A DNA stretch of 63,722 nt, counting the filler, from Globobulimina sp. (Eukaryota), in NCBI GenBank assembly GCA_003354225.1. It is 27 parts of 27 records of this genome, joined end to end, with 100 filler letters (N's around TTAATTAATTAA, not from the genome) between each part and the next. Parts side by side here need not be neighbours in the genome. Positions count along the whole stretch, not along the records: positions 59,099 to 61,360 come from PIVH01007799.1; positions 61,461 to 63,722 come from PIVH01007800.1; 25 more parts are not named here. One strand, 5' to 3'. Positions 59,400 to 63,722 of the stretch are shown here, one piece after another (position 1 is the stretch's first letter; the number at the start of each line of letters is the position of its first letter). A model generated the notes under the pieces. It was not told the DNA's origin. It saw nothing but the letters and a program-made list of their open reading frames with translations, and did not search any database. Made by a program: the position numbers and the translations under genes.

Positions 59400-61313
59400 G
59401 TATATCCCAACCAATGATAAACATCATTTTGCAAATCAGTAAACACATCAATTACAGATATTTGGCTTTTTTAATTGATATATTTTCATTTGTAAACTCT
59501 TGTTTCATTAACTGTTAGTATTTTGTTGCTGCAATACTTAAATCAACATTAAACATATAAATCCTGCACTCATCATCATCACTTGTGTTATTTATCTGTT
59601 CCTGAACTTCTACATCTTTCACTGTCACATTTCCTAAGCCACATTCAATGATTTTCACCTTCTCCCCATTGTCACGTTGAGATTGATATATTATTTGTTT
59701 TAACACATTCAAAGCGCCAATGCTATCACAGCGTAAAATGATGGCTTTATTCAATGCATTCACACTGTCCATTTTTTCTTCAATTGCATGCAATTCGTCA
59801 TCATCAAATAACTTATTTTCTAAATCTTTCTCCTCCAAACTTTGAAATGTATGCATTTCATCGCCAATCTCCGTCTCTGTACAATTATCAATGATATCCA
59901 TATTACTTAAAACATCTGTTTCTATAAATTTATCTGTTAATTTTCCCAATGCTCTCTCATCAGATTTATTTTCATCAATCGCTCTTTCTAAATTATCGCA
60001 CATTATTCGATATTCCAACAACTGCGAAGCTTCCGGCTTTTCCATAACAAATACAACTTCACCACTTTTCGGTAATTGATTGGTGGCATTATAATATTTT
60101 GCAATATCACTAAATCGCACAATATAACATTTAGCTGCCATTCCTGGATAAGCTGCATCCATATTTTCGTCATTTGTGCCATCCAAAATACATCGAATTT
60201 TACCCACAGTATATCCACCAATTATGATCTGATCAACTTTCAATATTCCAGCATGAACAATTAACATCAGATAACTGCCATTTTTATCCGATGATGCTTC
60301 CAAAACAATAGCTTGCGGACTAACGTCCCTTGGCGACATTATTTCGATTGCATTTGCTAACATATCCAATGAAAACAGCATCTCATCGATATTTAGATCA
60401 TATTTTGCTGAAATGGGCACAATGTCAAAGGCCAAACGTTCTTTATCTGAGCAGACTGAACTTGTTATTGCCTCATCTAACTGCACATTGATATTATTTA
60501 TCATATCCGACAATTTATGCGAAGCTATTATTTTATTTCCAGAAATTTCATTATCAATTTTATCGATTTTGTTCAATGCCAATAACAATGGAATGGAGGT
60601 TTGTTTCGCCTTTTTAATAATTTCAATCGTCTGTTTTTGAACACCTTCAATGATATCAATTACTAAAATCACCGCATCCGCAACGATAACACTGTTCGAG
60701 CGCATTTTGAAAAATATTTCATGTCCAGGCGTGTCAATAAATGTTATCTGGTTTCTCGATGATAAATGATAATGGTAACAAGATACGGATTGCGTAATGG
60801 CACCGCTTTCCTGCTCTGCAATTGAAGTATTTCGGATGGTGTCTAACAAAGTGGTTTTGCCGTGATCGACATGGCCCATTACAGATATTACACATTGCTT
60901 TTTGTTTGCATTGAAATCATATTTGTGGTTCAAGGAATATTCATCAATATCAATTATGTCAGGTTCTATATTAAATAATTTCATTTCGTTCTTTATCATA
61001 AATTGTTTACGTAATTGTTTGGATGCAAATTCATATGGAAACACAATCTCTGACTTTTTCATGAATTCATAATGTATTTTGTTGTGCTGTTTTAATATAT
61101 GTGTTATATTATAATCAATTGGAAAAATATAAAAGTACCTACACGATACCAGTATAATTTCTTGTTTTTATTACAAAATCCGTCGACTATAGCGTTAAGC
61201 GGCAATTTCGTTGCTTTGCATAAATGTTTAATAGAAACGACCGGAGGGAATAATAACACATCTGATTCTTTATGAAACCAAACTGGAGCCCGTTTGCTTC
61301 GTGACAGGTACAT
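59400..61313 (-). CDS. Organellar-type translation initiation factor IF2-like GTPase, C-terminus divergent
   Basis: VMGHVDHGKTTLLD, ESGAITQ, ITFIDTPGHE, NKID, VPISAK; intron between 61313-61104 and the main ORF. Confidence 0.85.
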
Positions 61314-61460
61314 TGCTTATACTACGTTGATGCGGTATTCTTGGACTGGAAAAACAGTTTNNNNNNNNNNNNNNNNNNNNNNNNNNNNNNNNNNNNNNNN
61401 NNNNTTAATTAATTAANNNNNNNNNNNNNNNNNNNNNNNNNNNNNNNNNNNNNNNNNNNN

Positions 61461-61853
61461 CTACGATGAACGCAAGTGTCTTGACATGGCGATAACTGCG
61501 CATTGACGCCACCACACCATCCGCCACCTGTTTTGTTGTTTTTTGTGTATGGACAATTGGAATTGCACGTATGTGATGGAAATATATATATATATAATAC
61601 CTTCAAAATATACATGGAATTTATTAACACCGTCACCAAAACCGGCACGCCAATACATAGAAGGCACACTGCCGTCTAAACAAGCCGCGCCATCATTATT
61701 CTGTGCATCCACTAAATTTACTCTTTCACCGTTTACAAAAGGGCTTCCCGGCGGTGCGGCTGGCCCAAAATATGGACAATTTATATTCTCGATGGTAATT
61801 GATTTGGAAACGACAATTAAAAGCAAGGCACACAGTGATTGTAACATTGACAT
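61461..61853 (-). CDS. Pectinacetylesterase/Notum-family esterase, 3'-partial, one intron
   Basis: AACLDGSVPSMY..G.G..KFHVYFEG|GGWC...C..R. Confidence 0.88.
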   Translation of the reverse strand: MSMLQSLCALLLIVVSKSITIENINCPYFGPAAPPGSPFVNGERVNLVDAQNNDGAACLDGSVPSMYWRAGFGDGVNKFHVYFEGIIYIYISITYVQFQLSIHKKQQNRWRMVWWRQCAVIAMSRHLRSS

Positions 61854-61976
61854 TGATGATGCTCTTATTGCTGCAAGCAATAGTTGCAATATTATAATTG
61901 CAGTACTTGTTAATATTAAAGCTCACTTAACTTAACTATCAAACAAAAAAACATCCCTCCAATTTTCCAGCACACC

Positions 61977-63033
61977 ATGGCCGTTGATTTGATGGGAGCA
62001 TGGGGAGCATCGGCAGGTGGTGGTTTTTGGGATGATGAGCCACAGCCAGACGTTGAATCGGCTACCGGTGGAGGAGGAGGCACCGCAAATACTTATAATA
62101 ACACCGATTATGGCAAAGAAGAAGGACAAATACCAGATCCATTCGAAACGTTTGAAGAAAAAGACGATCCCTCCGCATATATGGAAGCTTATGATCGCTT
62201 AAAATCAGAAATACGAAAAATCGAAAACAATGCACGAGCAATCCAAAAATTATCAGAACGATATAATTCATCCACAGAAAAAAAAGAAAACGATGCCATA
62301 ATGCAGGAATTGGACGATATCATGTCGTCAAACAGCAGCGTTACCCGCAAAATAAAAAATAGTCTGAAAACTGAAAAAACAGAAAACGACAAATACGTAA
62401 AAGCAAATAAAGGATCCTCTGTAGGTCAATGGCGTGTAAATCAATTGAATTCATGTACGAGACGCTTCAAAAATTCTTCTTTACAGTTCTCGCATCGACT
62501 AAATGCGTTTAATGACACATTGAGGTATTCTGACCGTAGCGAATATGCATTGAAATATACTGATATGAATAAATAGGGACAAACAGCGACGGCATATAGA
62601 TATATTGGACGATAATAAGTTATCGGAAGCAGAGAAGGAAGAGATGGTCAATGATTATGAGAGGGCGCAGACCTTCATACAGGAACAAGTTGCAATGGTG
62701 CAGACCTCGGATGCTTTGGTGGATAGATTGTCTGAATTGGAAGACAGACATCAGGGAATGTTGAAAATTGAGAAATCTATTAAAGAGTTACAGGAAATGT
62801 GGATGGAGCTCAATGTTTTAGTGACTGAACAGCAGGAAATGTTGGATCAAATCTCAAAGAATGTCGAGCAGACTCGAGATTATGTACAATCCGCCACCAC
62901 TCATTTACAGAAAGCGGAAGATAATCAGAAAAGATCCAGGAAATTGCAACTCTGCGCTTGTTGTTGTTGTTTGGTTATATTGATCATAGTGATGATTGCG
63001 TTGGGTGCCGGCGGCGTATTCACTGGTTCATAG
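61977..63033 (+). CDS. Plasma-membrane-type syntaxin (Qa-SNARE)
   Basis: Habc region; intron 62525-62576; SNARE motif RHQGMLKIEKSIKELQEMWMELNVLVTEQQEMLDQI; C-terminal TM. Confidence 0.92.
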
Positions 63034-63153
63034 TATATGTACCATGTATAATAATGATTGTGTTTGTTGGTGTGATTATTTTTTTGTTCAACCCATTTTT
63101 TAGGTCTCGTCTACGAAAAGTTTTTTGCTATATCTGCTTTTAGTCAGTAGATA

Positions 63154-63722
63154 ATGAATGTCACTTTGTCAGTCTGTTTCTTCCAATTGACTATACTGGT
63201 CATGATGGATAGATGCAATTCCATTAACTGTCGGGGCATATCTTCATGTGCTTGCGCCAGCATTTGCGAACTCAATTGCCAAGGCAATAACGACTGCAGT
63301 CAGTCAACATTAACATGCAATGCAAACAGTCAATGTACTGTGAACTGTGGTGATTTTGATTCATGCTTTCGAACAACAATTAATTGTGAAGCTGGTGCGA
63401 CCTGCAACATAAATTGCGCAGGAACATCTATTGACGATGGAAGTTGCATGGATTCTGAGGTATATTGCCAAGATAATTCCAACTGCAATATATATTGTGG
63501 TGATGCAGCAATGTACAATAACTGCGATGGGATGAAAGTCTATGCAACAGAGGCAAGCTCATTGTCCATGACCTGCGGGAGCTGCGATTCTATGCATGTC
63601 GAATGTCCATACAACGAAGAAATTGCTCCCAACACTTGTTCATTCTCTTCTGTTGGCACAGCCTCACACAATGCGGTCGATATACTCATTCATTCTTATC
63701 ATGGCATTGATGGATTAGATAT
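63154..63722 (+). CDS. Secreted Cys-rich repeat protein, runs off the window end
   Basis: Read by hand from ATG at 63154; repeats such as CTVNCGDFDSCFRTTINC and CNINCAG..SCMDSEVYC; same repeat style as 2890-4231. Confidence 0.75.
   Translation, partial: MNVTLSVCFFQLTILVMMDRCNSINCRGISSCACASICELNCQGNNDCSQSTLTCNANSQCTVNCGDFDSCFRTTINCEAGATCNINCAGTSIDDGSCMDSEVYCQDNSNCNIYCGDAAMYNNCDGMKVYATEASSLSMTCGSCDSMHVECPYNEEIAPNTCSFSSVGTASHNAVDILIHSYHGIDGLD

Noticed and set aside
2267-61460. Regularly spaced TTAATTAATTAA motif every 2.36 kb or so
   Set aside because: Always embedded in N44 blocks; an artificial contig linker. ORFs that run into it (X tracts) are artefacts, and no synteny across spacers can be inferred.
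995-63518. Numerous 60-150 aa ORFs antisense to or overlapping the called genes
   Set aside because: Shadow frames without motifs; explained by the real gene on the other strand or frame.
1-63722. rRNA, tRNA and telomeric repeats
   Set aside because: None recognised by eye; tRNAscan-SE or Infernal would be needed to exclude divergent RNAs.

Overview
This window is not one locus. It is 27 unrelated contigs of about 2.26 kb, sorted by decreasing length (2266 down to 2262 bp) and joined by 26 artificial 100-nt spacers (N44-TTAATTAATTAA-N44). Nearly all contigs are AT-rich, gene-dense protist DNA with short (about 50-90 nt) GT-AG introns. The gene families resemble Foraminifera/Rhizaria, which is an inference. 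Recognisable genes include copine, BTB proteins, a mitochondrial carrier, SKA1, WDR92, Rab5, TDP1, ZC3HC1/NIPA, site-1 protease, a CNT transporter, an IF2-like GTPase, syntaxin and a pectinacetylesterase/Notum-family esterase. There is also a decayed Helitron and several hairpin or MITE-like repeats. One contig (40198-42460) is bacterial: an integron cassette array with four attC sites, including a winged-helix + HNH nuclease cassette that is a candidate defence gene. Other highlights are a histidine-phosphatase gene bracketed by about 125-bp inverted repeats, an intronless bacterial-type M4 protease in eukaryote-like DNA, five tandem 69-nt exons duplicated together with their introns, a palindrome-bearing minisatellite, and a recurring 5'-C/A to 3'-G/T composition switch inside genes. 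Abrupt junctions and scattered frameshifts suggest whole-genome-amplification chimeras or pseudogenes, so linkage within contigs needs caution.
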